A stretch of 64,000 nucleotides of DNA from Octopus sinensis. Its lineage: Eukaryota. The position numbers and the translations under genes are program-made. Under the pieces are notes generated by a model that saw only the letters and a program-made list of their open reading frames with translations, had not been told where the DNA came from and ran no database searches. Positions 1 to 13,315 of the stretch are shown here, piece after piece; position 1 is the stretch's first letter, and each line of letters starts with the position of its first letter. The stretch lies in assembly GCF_006345805.1 (NCBI RefSeq), contig NC_043002.1:54374001-54438000 (forward strand), in the 5' to 3' direction.

Positions 1-314
1 CATTTAATCTTAATGGCAGTAGTAAATTTTCTTTCAAAACCAAGATATTTCAAAATTTCATCTTGAATTAGTGCTATCTATTATTGTAAATTTATGTAAT
101 ACTCAATGTAAATATATTGAAAGACTAATGTGCATTTAACATAAAATATCTATAATTTTTTTTTTTCATTAATTTAGTATGGGATTATAAACATCAGCTT
201 GAACATAGCTGGAGTGATACCAAATTTCATAGCTAGGACAGGTAAGGTAGGTAGGCATCCTTTGGAAAAAAGAAGGCTTTGGAAGGCTCCCCTGTCCAAC
301 CTCCTCATATTTAC

Positions 315-353
315 CTGAGTTGGTGGTGTCACAGCAGAGTTTTCAGCATTTAC
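315..353 (-). CDS. Candidate 39-nt alternative microexon of CLTC (VNAENSAVTPPTQ)
   Basis: ctgttatttgcttttag|GTAAATGCTGAAAACTCTGCTGTGACACCACCAACTCAG|gtaaat. Phase 0/0 matches the exon 4 donor and there is no stop. No homology support, and the flank may be a decayed repeat. Confidence 0.3.
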
Positions 354-3001
354 CTAAAAGCAAATAACAGAACTCCAATTTCTTATAAATCTTTAGATAT
401 TTGTTTTAAATTAGTTTAACGAAGTACAGTGATCAATCCTTCACTTATAAGATAGCTCTAATGATGTGAATTGGCTGTTTAAAAAAAAAAAATCAACAAG
501 TAATAAAGTTAATTGTTTTAATCTGCAGCTATTTGAGAGCTTCTTTTTGCTATATGATTAAGTAAAAATTAAATTTTCTAAATTAACAGTTAATAATATA
601 AACTTAATTTACAATAAAGAAAATTAACATTTAATGAATATAATATAAAAGAAACTTTAAAATTAAAACTACAGTTTAAAACAAAATATAACTCAGAACT
701 GATTAAATTATAAAATGTCTCAATGCACTCTCCATTTCTGATTATTATAATTGATCAATTAAAAGAAATAGTGAAAACATCCCTTGAGCAACTCTAAACC
801 ATTCTACTGCTCACCCCACCCCCATTTACTGCAATATATAAATAAAATTATTTTTTACAGTTTGAGAAAAGAAAAAAATCCTCTTCAAATATTGTTGTAT
901 CACTCAATATAGAGGAGTTAAATCAACAGATTGCAGAACTTTTTTGTTAAACTTTCATCTGAACCAAAAAAATTTGGAACTACATGACTAAAACAATGTT
1001 TATATGTCAAGTAACCTTGAGAATTTATTCACAAGTAATCATCAGCATGAGAATTTTAAAAACCATTCTCAATTAGATTAGGTTCTAAATTACAATTATA
1101 GTGTTGCAATTTAATTTTTCACTTCAACTGTAATACAGAATATTTTTACTATCTTTTTAATTTCAAACAATAATCATTGGGAGTGCTTACCAGACAGCTT
1201 AAAATAAAATAAAATAAAAATCAGATTAGGAAGGCTTTTATGTAAAAAAAATAATAAATGGTTAAATTTTAACAGAACAAAACCCAAATATGAAATGGTT
1301 TCAAAATGCAAGCATCAATATGTATAGCTTAAATAGGATTCTTTCTCTTGTGTGAATTAATGCATTTTAAATCTAATATGTAAAATGTATTTGACTGAAA
1401 GATATAAGTTTGAGTGGGGCAAAAACAAAGGGAAAAGTTTTCTGCTAATTCAAGTCAATTTACATTTATTAAATGCTTTCAGCAACAAGGCTGAACATTT
1501 CAAAATTACATCATAATTTTAACAAATGTGTTAGTGAATTTATTCATATAAAAATGAAACTAGAATTTGATTGGTGTGATTTTTTTTTACTACCAACATG
1601 TTAACAATGACTGATTTGAATACTGAATTATTGTTGTAAATTCTTTCCTTAAAAATAATTACAATTCAATAGCAATTTGAATTATCTATTTCTTTTTTTT
1701 AGGTCTATGTTGAAGTACTTTTCTAAAATTTTTTAAACATGAATTACTTTACAAAATTGATGTAGTACCATAAATATGCTGTTTAAAAAGTCAGTACTGG
1801 TTTCAAGTCATTCACCAGATTCTATTTTTGGGGGGATGGGGGTGGGGGGAGACTGTAATTTATTTACATAAAAAAAAAAAAGAATCATTGAAATTTGAAT
1901 AACTAATTAGCTCTATTGTTTTTTTTACATGAAACAAAACCTTAATGTTGTAAAAAAAATGTTATATTCTACATGGTATTAATTCTTTTAAATGAATTAG
2001 TACTTAGTTTAGCTGCAGCTAACATTTAAGAAAAAATTTGTTTATGTAAATTAAATTTTCTATAATGAATTTTTTAATAAAAAATAATTCTGAATTGGGT
2101 TTTACAGATTATGGTTACTTGACAAAAATGTTATAAAGCAATAACAAAAAGATAAATGCATTTGAAACTATTAATGGTTTAAAATAAGATTTTACAGAAA
2201 CAAAAAAAGTTAACGAAGTTTTAAATTAAGACTGGGAGCGTTACTGATAGTACATGAAATTATAACCTGAAAGTTTGTTAGATATATCAAACTGAGTGAC
2301 ATGTAATCACCATCTCATACATTCAATGAAAGCAGGATATACTAAACAATAACACAAAATGAACTGAAATCACATGCATAGACACCATGTCTAACTTGGG
2401 AATTAGAAGAGACCTTCAAAAGACAAGCAGAAAACCTTTAGTCAATGCAAGTTGACAAGCTACCAAAGCAATTTTTTCATTTAAAAGAAAAGAAGCAAAA
2501 TAACACATAAGAACTAAATAGATTAGGAACATCTATGGGTCAGAAGTGTACATTGAAGAACTAAATGCAGCCAAAAAATGAAAAGAGTTGAAAATATTTT
2601 TAGTTATTAAATTTCTTTTCTGAGTTCCACTAAAAGAACAAACAAAAACAAGTAAACCTATGTTTCCCTAATGTATGCATAAATTCTTAAAAATACACAA
2701 TATTGAAACTATGTATCACCCCCACTCATGTTTGCTTGAGAAAAATTGAATTTCAAAACAGGGTATCAGAAAACTACTTTAGATCTATCATAAACAAAAA
2801 TTAATAGCATCAAATAAGATCCATAATAAATTTATAAGAAACTAATAAAATTGTGAAGAAAATGTAGTTTCTAGACATGTCATTTTAAAAATAACTTCAA
2901 AGTTTTAAGGATGTAATAAAAGAGAACTGTTTGTAAAATTTTGACATATGGAAGTGCATTTATTATATTTATTTCACTAACTTCAATGAGAGTGACATTA
3001 A

Positions 3002-5075
3002 ATCATCATTTAACATCCATTTCTCTAGCTGGCATGGATTGAACAGATTGACAGGATCCGACAACTTAGAAGACTGCATTGAGTTCCTGTGCCTGCTTTG
3101 GTATGGTCTTATGGCTGGATGCCCTTCTTAATGGCAGCCACTTTACAGAGTGTACTGGGTGCTCTTTTTCCACTAGCACTGGTGAAGTTGCCCAATAACT
3201 CACAAGACACCTAGGCTATGTGGAAGTGTGGTATTGAGGGAGGGGGTTTAATACCTGGTGTTGAGAGGCAAGAGTATGTCAGAGAGACATGAATATCATA
3301 GCAGGAAATAGAGAGAAAAGAAAATGATGGAGCAGTGATGTCAGGATGTGTCCTCGAGGTTCAAAGGGGAGAATATGAGGAGGATAGAGACAGAGGAATA
3401 GGAGTGGCAGGTGGGTATATTTGTGAGAGTATGTGAGAGCAACAGATGGTGCGACTTGGGGATGTATGTGAATGGTAAACAAGGAAGGAGAGGTCAATGA
3501 TGAATTTCAGTTTGGTTGTAGGATAGAGATGAAAAACAGGAATTGGTAAGTGGCAATAGAAAATGGGCTAGCAGCTGGAGAGCAGTATTGTAAAAAACTG
3601 TACAGATGAGAAATAGGGAGACAATGTGATGAGAGATGTGTGTGTGGAAGAAGAGGGAGGAGTGCACTATGACAAGGGAGGAGATCAGAGGTAAGTAGGT
3701 GTGAACATGGAAAGAGAGTGACAAAGCTGGAGGGAGTACATTGATGGCCAATGTGAGAGAAAAATACACTGGAAAACACAGTGGTAAGAGATGAGATCGA
3801 GAATGCTGAGTAGGTGACAAGGGGAGGAGACTCCAAAGAGAGAGGAAACTTGTAGCATCTCTGCTCTCATATAATTACAACAGCTGAAATAGTGCTGTAG
3901 TTTGATCAGTGATGGAAGGATGGGTGCTGAGATGAACTGTAGGGACAGCATAGACAGAACCATGCTTTGCTAAGATGGATAGATTTTCTTGAGCACAGTG
4001 AACTGCCAGTCATCTCTTCCCTGAGGCTCAACAACTGAGGTCTTCATTACTTTGTCTCATTTATTCTTGGATCTCCCTCTTCAATAGTTCCTTGCCACAT
4101 TTGGTGATCAGCACTCCTTTATGCTGCACACCTAGCAGAACACGCTAGTTTTGCTTTTTTTCTAGTCTCACATATCCTCTGCATTTACAGCTCATGTTTC
4201 ACTACAATGTAACATTGCTGTTTGCATACAAGCATCAAACAAACTGCTTTTCATCCTGAGAGACCTTCATTACCAACAGCAATAATAGCTCTCTGAGCTT
4301 TTTTCTTTTCTAATTCTACTATAAATTCAGCTATAAGAACAAGGTCATCAGTATAGAGGATATCTCATGAGTACCCAGTCTTAAAACTCCTGTTTTGGTC
4401 TGGAGGATTGTAATAAATAGGAAAGGACTAAGCCCTAGTGAACACAAACTTACGCACTAAAGCTGTTGCTGTATTAAATGCTAACTCTCAATAGCTATTC
4501 ATCTACAACTAGCTTCCACAGTGACCACCAGTTCAGGGAATGAGAGGCTCCACTGAAGGCTTTCTCTAGGTTCATGAATGCCATGTACAGCAATTTACTT
4601 TTGGCTAAATACTTCTGAAGTTGCCTAACTAGAAAGATAGCATCAATAGTTCTTACTGGCACAAAGCCAAACTACATCTTATCTAGTCTAATTCTCTTCC
4701 TAATTAAAAGAGTTGAGCAATAACTCTTTCTGTAACGTTCATGACCTGGTCCAGCAATTTGATATCTCTATTTGTAAGGCATTTCCTTTACCCCTGTCTA
4801 TAATGCGGCTACATCAGTTACTGGGTATGACAGCTTCTTGTACAACCTGATTGGCTATGCAAATAATTAGGCCATATCCTTACACTGCCAGATACTTTGA
4901 GCATATCAGTAGCAATTTGTAATGGACTAAAGGCTTTGTCTTCCTTCATATCCTTAATTGCTTTCTCTATAAAACTGCTGTCAACTATAGTACTAGGTCC
5001 CTCTGTTTCGCCTACATTGGGGAGACTTTTCTCCCATGCATTCTTAACTGAATTCCCCCTTGAATGCATAAAACC
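3002..5075 (-). mobile_element. 5'-truncated, degenerate RTE-clade LINE (RT remnant + 3'UTR + CAT-repeat tail)
   Basis: Minus-strand remnants NAWEKSLPNV..KAIKDMK (ORF 4818..5069), IKLLDQVM, FGFVP..IDAIFLVRQLQ, LEKAF and LYTDDL with stops and frameshifts. A long pyrimidine-rich 3'UTR (3230-3840) and a tail shared with local SINEs follow. Confidence 0.9.
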
Positions 5076-5392
5076 AATAAAAGCACAAAATAATACATGT
5101 ACATTAACTGTTATTTCTTTTCATTATAATTATTTTATTTTTACAGATGTTGGAGTAGCTTCAAAATTATCACAAATAGAAATATTGGAAAAATGTGATG
5201 TTTATATCGTCAACAAAGGCTAGGAAAACAAATGTAACAGGAATCAAAATTAGAGTTATTGGAAAACTGCACTAGTGTACTTGCATTTTTAATGTAAAGC
5301 TAACTGTATCAAACAAAAATTATTTTAACAATAAGAAAAATTTCAAAGCCATTTGGATTAAGAAAATTTGAGAGAAGATTGAATTTTCCCTT

Positions 5393-5548
5393 CATCATCA
5401 TAATCATTTAACATGGGGGAAAGTTTGACAGGAGCTGGAGAGCTGCATCAGGCATCATTTTGTCTGTTTTGGCATGGTTTTGACTGGATGCCCTTCCTAA
5501 TGCCAACAACTTTACAGAGTGTACTTGGTGCTTTTAATGTGGTGCCCT
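5393..5548 (-). repeat. SINE/RTE 3' tail fragment
   Basis: catcatcat...tttgacaggagctgg...ctggatgcccttcctaatgccaac..tttacagagtgtac, the motif that recurs throughout the window. Confidence 0.8.
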
Positions 5549-7735
5549 TCTCAAAGCAAAATGGTTAATCAATTTAACAGCAGATATCTTTACAAATAAA
5601 TTATTTTGGATGAACGTTTTAAAATTTAAATGAACTTTGTAAAGTTTCTGGTTATATTCAAGTATAATGTATAATAATTGGTTACATTACAAATATATAT
5701 ATAGAATTAGATTAAAAAAAAAATTTCAATAGGAGAAAAGTCCTTTTCTTTTTTAGAAAATTAGAGATGGGGCAGATCCGGGCCAGTAGGATATTTGACC
5801 ATCCTCCTTTACATTCGAATTTCAAATACTGCAAAAAACATTTCACCAGTGGACTAACCAAAGAATACTGTTGTTTTTTTTTAAAGAAAAGCTTGTTTAT
5901 TATTTAATAAGTTTTAGTATCAAATTTTCTCATCAGATTAATGATCAGAATGTGATACTAAGTGTTGTTTTTTTAATGAAAGTTTGACTTCATTACAAGA
6001 CATGGTAAATATTTCATTTTCTTGGATGGCAAGAACAGAATCATTACATACAAATGTGTTATGATGATATATTTTCTCAGCCAAATATTAGAAAGATTGT
6101 GCAAAATTGCAAATTGTAATTAGTGTTAAATTGTTTAATCATAAACTTATATAAAAATATGAAAGTTGGTTTTCTTAATGTAAGTGGACAAAGAAATTGT
6201 ACAAGTTTTGGCAAAAGTAATAAAGTCAATTTATATTCTTTGATATAAAAATCCTTTTCCCACACAATCTCCTGACTTGAATTAGAATATTTGTTTGTTT
6301 AATGAAAAGTAAAGAAAAATACATCATTGTGCTAACAGATTTAATCTTCAAATTTTCTATTCAAACAAATATTTCAACTTAATAACCTCTGGATATAGAG
6401 ACATATCTGCATGATTAAATCAATAAGGTATGATAAACATTCGAAAGAGTGATGGTTTATATCCTCTTCACTGGTTCTATATGATGTCCATGGCCAAGCC
6501 AAACATTCCTTAGAACAATCCACTTAACTGTAAATAAGGGTCTGTATAGATACAGCTGTAAATAGCAGGAATACTCTAATGAATTTTATGCAGTGCTGAT
6601 TTCAAATCTTCATATGGGTCTGAAAATCCAGTAGATACTTTATCTGTAACAGGAACATCTATAATAATTATCACTGATATTCAAACAACTATTGTTAGAA
6701 TAAGGAAAGCCTAATTTCCTTTTGTAGAAATTAGTAAATTATTTATCTAGATAGTATCAGTTTCTGTTTACACTCCAAATGCTGATACATTAAATTGAGA
6801 AAAATTTGGACAGCTTAGTACGTATGTCAAACTAAATCTGTACCATTTAATTTTACAGATTCATTAGATACTGGACCCCAAATACAGTGAGCCTGGCTAA
6901 CATAGGTTACATGAACTTGCCTAGCTACAAGTGCACACCAGTGAGTGCAATGTAGCTGGAGTAAAACTTTGCAGTTGAGAGATCCAATGTCAATTGAGAA
7001 TGAAGAATTCAATACTAGAAGGATGATACCAGCTCAGAAATAACATTCAGATTGAGGAAAAAAAAACAAAAACAAAATACAACAAACAAACTAGTGTTTA
7101 AATAACAAATTCATCAGTTGGCAATGAAATGTCAATGAATATTATGATAAATACACTTCTATGATTAAGTATACACTTTCTCTAAATACACAATCAGACT
7201 TTTGGTTAAAAAAAACAAAACCCTACTAGAAATTATTTTTGCCTTATTGCAGAGTTAAATTAAAATTTAAAACAATTTCATTTTTAAATGAAGTATGAAT
7301 CGGGAGGGATATTACAAATACAATTGAATATACAAACTAAAGGAATGTAAGAAAAATCAGATCACAAGTTATATACGATCAAAAGTAGATTCCAAGAAGT
7401 TTATTAGTGAATACTCCAAAAACATGCCGAGATTACACACAAACATACACATAAAAATTCTAATATTTTCCTTTGACTTACAGTTGTCCTTGAATAATAT
7501 TTTCTTCTCATTTTGAAATACAATTTTTTCAGTGAGAAACTGAATAATTATCATAAATAAACAATGACCATTGTGTTTTGGTAACTGTAGAATTTTAACA
7601 ATTTAAATTAGATAGCTGAATAACTATACTGATATTTAGTAAAATTTATTAAAATTTAAAAAATTTTTTTAAATACAGCTGAAAAATAATATTTATTCAC
7701 AACCAATATGATGAGTTGAAATGCGTTTAACAAAC

Positions 7736-7854
7736 CTGGGCTGATATTCCTATCAACAGAAGCCACTGTTGCTTTTCATCGGTCCGGTAGTTGATGACTT
7801 GACATCCAGCAAGACTTGAATGACGATCGAACATCTTTAGGGGTTGAGAATCTC
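7736..7854 (-). CDS. CLTC: Clathrin heavy chain coding exon 4 ([40 protein letters not shown])
   Basis: Translated by hand. Acceptor tacttttacag|GA, donor CAG|gtttgt, 119 nt, continuing the frame of exon 3. The next constitutive exon (QNRVVGAMQLYS-like) was not found in 1-7735, so the gene runs off the window. Confidence 0.97.
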
Positions 7855-9121
7855 CTGTAAAAGTATTTGATAAAAGAGTTCAAATTATTTAGAGCTGTTG
7901 ATTGTTACATGTATGAAAGTGACAGAGTTTAAAAAAACAAGACTAAAATAGAGACAAATATGACCCTTAAAAATTTGTAATGAAAAAGCACTATTCAAAT
8001 TAGCAGCTATCAAGTAAAACATTTAAGAAAAAATTTCTATTTTAATTTAAACTATTTGGTAAGTTGACTTACTGTATATACTTAAGTACAGTTGCATCTT
8101 TTACCAAGAAAATATAAAAACCACAGGCATGTGACTTATCTATGGAACATACAAAACATATACAATGTGATGTTAGCTGACAGGGCTTAATACCAATATG
8201 TGTATGACTCGTCACTATAGCTTAATCAAACACACTAACAGAAATTACATGTTTTCTAGGATTTAGACATTGGCAAAAGTAGCAGCACTGTAAGTGGTTA
8301 TTTTTGTATTGCTTGTTTATTTTTATGCCTATCACTTGGAGTCTAGTTTATAGTATTATGCCAATGTATTGTAATAGATTAAGCACTTTTATGAATGAAT
8401 ATTGAGTTGTATCAGATTTGTGCTGATAACATTGTAAAAATAAACTAAAAAAGAAATTAATAAAATTTAATATATATAAATAAAATACTGAGGCTTATAA
8501 ATTTGTGGACATCGATCATAATTGACAAGAAGTTGAAGAAAAAATAGTAGGGAGCAAACACCTTTGAAACATCTCACAAAGAGAAAAACCAAGCAGAAAA
8601 TGAAAGTCAAGGCCATAGCCCACCAGCTGGAGACAGAATCTCAGACAACAAAACTAAGTGTTAATGCAAACAAGTTACTAAAACATTGCATACTGTAGAA
8701 AACTTCTTTCTTTTTTAAATGAAATACAAAAACAGGATTTGAACTGAACTGGAAATCAAGCAAGGACTGGGGCACTGAAATCTAAATTGAAAGAGGATTT
8801 TTTTTTTTTTAATTTCAGATTGAAATTGCAAGATTTTCAATTTTTTCCATGTACATTGCAAACAAATACTTTATTGAAGGGCAAAAGATACATTTTGTAT
8901 AACTATCTTAAGAGAATATTTATTAATCTTCAGAACTACAGGTCAAGTTAATTTAATGTTTAACTTCAAATTTCAACAGAAAACTCATTAATCCCAGAAA
9001 TAATTTAAAATATTCTATTAAAATTAGTTTAGAAAATGTGTCTTTGGATTGTTTTCATTTTTTAAAAAAATATATGCATAATATATGAAGAGAACAAAAA
9101 AGGAGACAGCTGAGTATTTAA

Positions 9122-10001
9122 CCCCTTGACAATGGTTGATGCAAATATGTGATCACACTTTTGCTTGCCTACCCACGGTTAACGTAAATATACAATGTAG
9201 AGCCCCACATCTATCATGGACTTTTTAGCGGCTGACGTATGTTTACGTTTGCTATCATGTACTTTATCTCGAGGTGTGCGCGCTTGCCATCCTGTGCATT
9301 ATCTTAGCTATTTTAGGTTACGTTAAAGTCATGAGACTAGCAGTAGACTAATGACATGCAGATACTTTACATACATGTGCATTGGTACAGGAGGTATAAA
9401 ATTAACGGTCTCCAGTGAAAACACATCATAATTCAAATTGTATTCAAATCAATTACAAGTTCTGTGTTCATGCTTTGGTCCTCCATCAGCGAATTTATGC
9501 TTGTCATCACGCCCGATAAATGAAATTATCGAAGTTTCCGAGCTGCTCAACTACCGAACGCATGGATGTCCTCACACCTGACCGACTCCAAACTGGCTTC
9601 TTAACTGATAAGGACATTTCCTGTGCTTCATACCGCCAACGGAAAAAAAACAGAATCCAGCATGGAAATGTGTTGTATACACCTCACACCATCGTAAGCA
9701 CGAAACCAGATATCATTGTCCGGACTGTGATGTGTCCCTTTGCATAATACCATGTTTCGAGTTGTACCACATGCAAGCTATTTTTTGAACTTGAGCAGAA
9801 TAACTCGTGCATATCATTATGATAAATAGCTTCACATAGTTCATTTTCATAAACCAGTAGTCGTAAATGTACAACGCCATGTTATTGTAATGGTGAACGT
9901 AAATAGACGCAAGCTTGTTGGCACTTGCGTTTGTGTGGCCTCAGTAGATAAAAAACCAGAGCAGTGTCTCGCATGCTTTAGGTAATACCGGCGTCAAGGG
10001 G
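9122..10001 (+). mobile_element. Non-autonomous piggyBac element (880 bp) retaining the transposase C-terminal Cys-rich domain
   Basis: TTAA at 9118-9121 and 10002-10005, with TIRs CCCCTTGAC/GTCAAGGGG. 9612-9788 reads GHFLCFIPPTEKKQNPAWKCVVYTSHHRKHETRYHCPDCDVSLCIIPCFELYH (piggyBac/PGBD4-like CRD). Confidence 0.93.
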
Positions 10002-13000
10002 TTAAGAAGTCAGGTTCACATGCATTTTATCAGAATTTATAACATAAAGCAAGGCACTTTATCACTAACTGGAAAGCAAATACAAATCTTACTTCATGTT
10101 AGAACATTTAATTGGAAATCACTAATTATAAATATATACAAAACACTTAAATTTGCAGATGTATCCGTGTTCCATTAGAGTGTGTGTCTTGCATTTCTTG
10201 TTGCTATAGGTTTTTAAAAATCTGCAAATTTAAAATGTTTGCATATGTTCCTGCTTTAAAACAGGATGTTATTTCCAGATACAATCATGTGATGAGTATC
10301 TTCAAACTTAAAAAATTGATCAATATATTAGCCTTGACAACAATATATATATAAAGGAAGTATGCACAAAACTGATCTGAAAATGGAAAAAATAATTGTT
10401 GGCAGGGATATAATAACTGAATAGTGGTAGTAAGGAAAAACAATGGGTGGAAATTGGGGTGGGGAGTATTTAAAATGTCACAGCAATCAACCTGAAATTA
10501 AATTTTAATATATTTAAAATTAGTGTTTCTTGATCATGAAAAGCAATTCATGATTGCAACAAGTAATGCTTTTTGTTCTATTTAATAATAACAATCCACA
10601 AGTTAATTGGAGTTTTAAAACATTTACTCAGAATGGGTGCTCACTTCAAACTAGAACATTAATTCAGAAAGATTTTTTGTTTTGAGAATATTCAATTTGA
10701 GTTCAGAAATAGGTTTTCTTTTGGAAGAATTAAGTTCATTAACATGAAATAAATTTTCATTTCAACTACATTAACACTAGACATTATATAGATAGTCAAA
10801 TTAAGTTAATTATATCTTTTTTTTAAGGAATTTACATACTAGCTATTAGATATTTTCAGTGTTTAAAAAAAAAAAGTGGAGAATAAAAAATATCTTTCTG
10901 AATGAATAAGTTTGCTGTTGGCATTACACAAGGATTTCAAAGCAGTAATGGGTTTTGAATTAAAATGTATAAAAATAAATCAAAAAGTGGCGTGGGGGTG
11001 GGACCAAAAACTAAGAAAATAATCTAAAACCTTCACTGTTTGATACCATTTAAATTTCCCAGAAAAGGAAAGATTTAGAGATTTAGACAGTTGTATCTTT
11101 TTTGCATCTAATATTTATGGTTTTAAAAACATGGTTCAACATAATTTAGTCCAAGTGAAAATTACTCTTCCACAAAATTCATATCAGAATTAGATTTATC
11201 AATTTTATTTAGTTCCAATGGTGGGTGTTCTAGAGTCTTTAAAAGTAGATATACATTTCAATTGTTGGTGGATTATGTATTAAACTTTATGGTAGGAAAA
11301 GGGCTTAGTTGAGCAAATCAAATTTAAGAATTTTTGAGAATAAACTAACAAACAGTAATAAACAGATGGTATCATAGTTCCAACAGAAAAAAAAAAAACA
11401 AGTATTAAATTTATAACTAATTTAAATTTTAAATAATTATAGCTACTCAATAAGTAATCGGTTAAAATTAGTGCTAAAATAATTTTTGCCCCAATAGTAA
11501 AAAAAAAAACCATGTTAGTTTTAAGCTGATTATATTAAGCAAATAACTAAATTGTATCTGACTGCAGAAGATTTTCCATATCCAACTACTGTGAAAACAA
11601 ATACAAGTTTTAATGGTTCAAAATTTTTAGGACAAATCTTATACGTAGCTTAAAAGGGCATAAAGTATATCGTTGCTATTATGTTTAACTGTCATATGTC
11701 CAAATACATTTTTTGCATTATTTTATTTTATTTTTTTTTTTTTTTTTGTTGCTTGCAATAGCTAGTTCTTTTCGTCAAGCTATCATATCTCTAGCTGCTT
11801 CAGATGCCAAGATAACAAAAATTGTCAAAGTGTAAGTACAACAGTCTTGTTATGGAATGGTGAAACTACTTTTTTGTCTTCTGAAAAAGCAGCATTTTGA
11901 ACTTGCAACATTTTTGCATAATAGCAACAATATGCAAATTGGAGTGATATGGCATAAAAAAAGTTATTTCTTTAAAACTTAAAAAAAAAAAAAGAGAAAA
12001 ATGTACCAAACTTACAATATTATACTAATATTTTAGTAATATATCAGTGTATCAGAGAAACTTCAGGGATTTGCTTTTAACATGTCTTTGAGAAATTTCT
12101 TTGAGAGAAAATACTACAGCTAGTGCCATTCTGTGTTTGTATACACATTAAATATCAGCATTTTAATTTAATGTTGTTTCAAGTGTGCATGTTGATTCAA
12201 TTCTAGCCTGCCTAGGTTTTGCAAAAATCTGCAAATGTTTTGTATCCTGATCACTATACTAAAGTATAGTATAGCTTGTCTCAAAACACCTCGGGTATTT
12301 GTCAAATTAGACCAAAACACCATGTTTAGCAGTCCAGTGTTCTGCTCAAAGCCTTGTGGGTGTAACACAAGTCTCTGAAAAGATTGAAACAAATATTACA
12401 ACTAGTGCAGTTCTATGTTTGTATACACACACTGTTACATACACAGGTATTTTAATCTAAAGCTGTTTCATGTGTGTATATTAATATTTAAATCAGCTCT
12501 CAAAAAAAAAAATCTTAAACTAGAATATAGATGAAGTGTTGACAAAACTTAATTTGTAGATGCTTAAAATTATTACTAAGAATAATTGTGAGAAATATGA
12601 AAAAAAAAAAAAGCAGCATGGCCACAGCTCGTGAGCTGAAACTAGAATCAATCAATCATTATCCACCTGCAAAACTCAATATGACAAAATAAAGATGTCT
12701 TACGACAATTCTAAAAGTTTATAATTAGCTGGGTTTATTCAGTGAAAAGAATATATATATAAAAGATAAATCTAATTAGAGACTGATTAAAAAATGAGAA
12801 AGAATGTGCAATTAGTGATTGATTCAGTCAGATAGTACTTGCAATTAAAATATTTTTAACTCCATTTAAATCAAATTATTGAAGACTACAATTTTATGGT
12901 TTATGTAATAGTACAATATAGTGGTGAGAATTGTTTAAAACATCTGAGCTTACTGGTATTTAATTACTGACATTTCTGAGACTGAAACATTAACTGTGCT

Positions 13001-13104
13001 AGAAAGGTATTTTAAATGTTTTTTGTTTTTTTTTTCTAAGGAGCTATCAGTGTAGTGCGAAACTGTATATAATCAGTATGATTGAGGGGACATGAAAATA
13101 ATCA

Positions 13105-13315
13105 TTTCTAATTTAGGCACAAAGCCAGCAATTTTGAGTAAAGAGGGACTAGTTGATTAAACTGACTCCAGTACTTAATTGGTACTTTACTGACCCTGAA
13201 AGGATGAAAGGCTTAGTTGACCTCATCAAGGTTTGAATTTAATGTGTAAGAGCTGGATCACACACTGCAAAGCATTTCCCCTGCAACATTCTAATGCCTA
13301 CCATTTTGTCACCCT
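13105..13315 (-). repeat. tRNA-headed SINE
   Basis: Contains gaccctgaaaggatgaaaggc..gttgacctc, the reverse complement of the central SINE motif also seen at 31.99 kb and 46.1 kb. Confidence 0.7.

Noticed and set aside
1830-1849. G-rich tract ggggggatgggggtgggggg (possible G-quadruplex)
   Set aside because: It has only three G-runs, and similar low-complexity tracts recur (10455, 10992, 59828) without context.
3279-3963. Cluster of overlapping S/L/H/P-rich ORFs (72-109 aa)
   Set aside because: These are read-throughs of the pyrimidine-rich RTE 3'UTR. The same pattern recurs at 24.5-24.9 kb and 30.3-30.65 kb.
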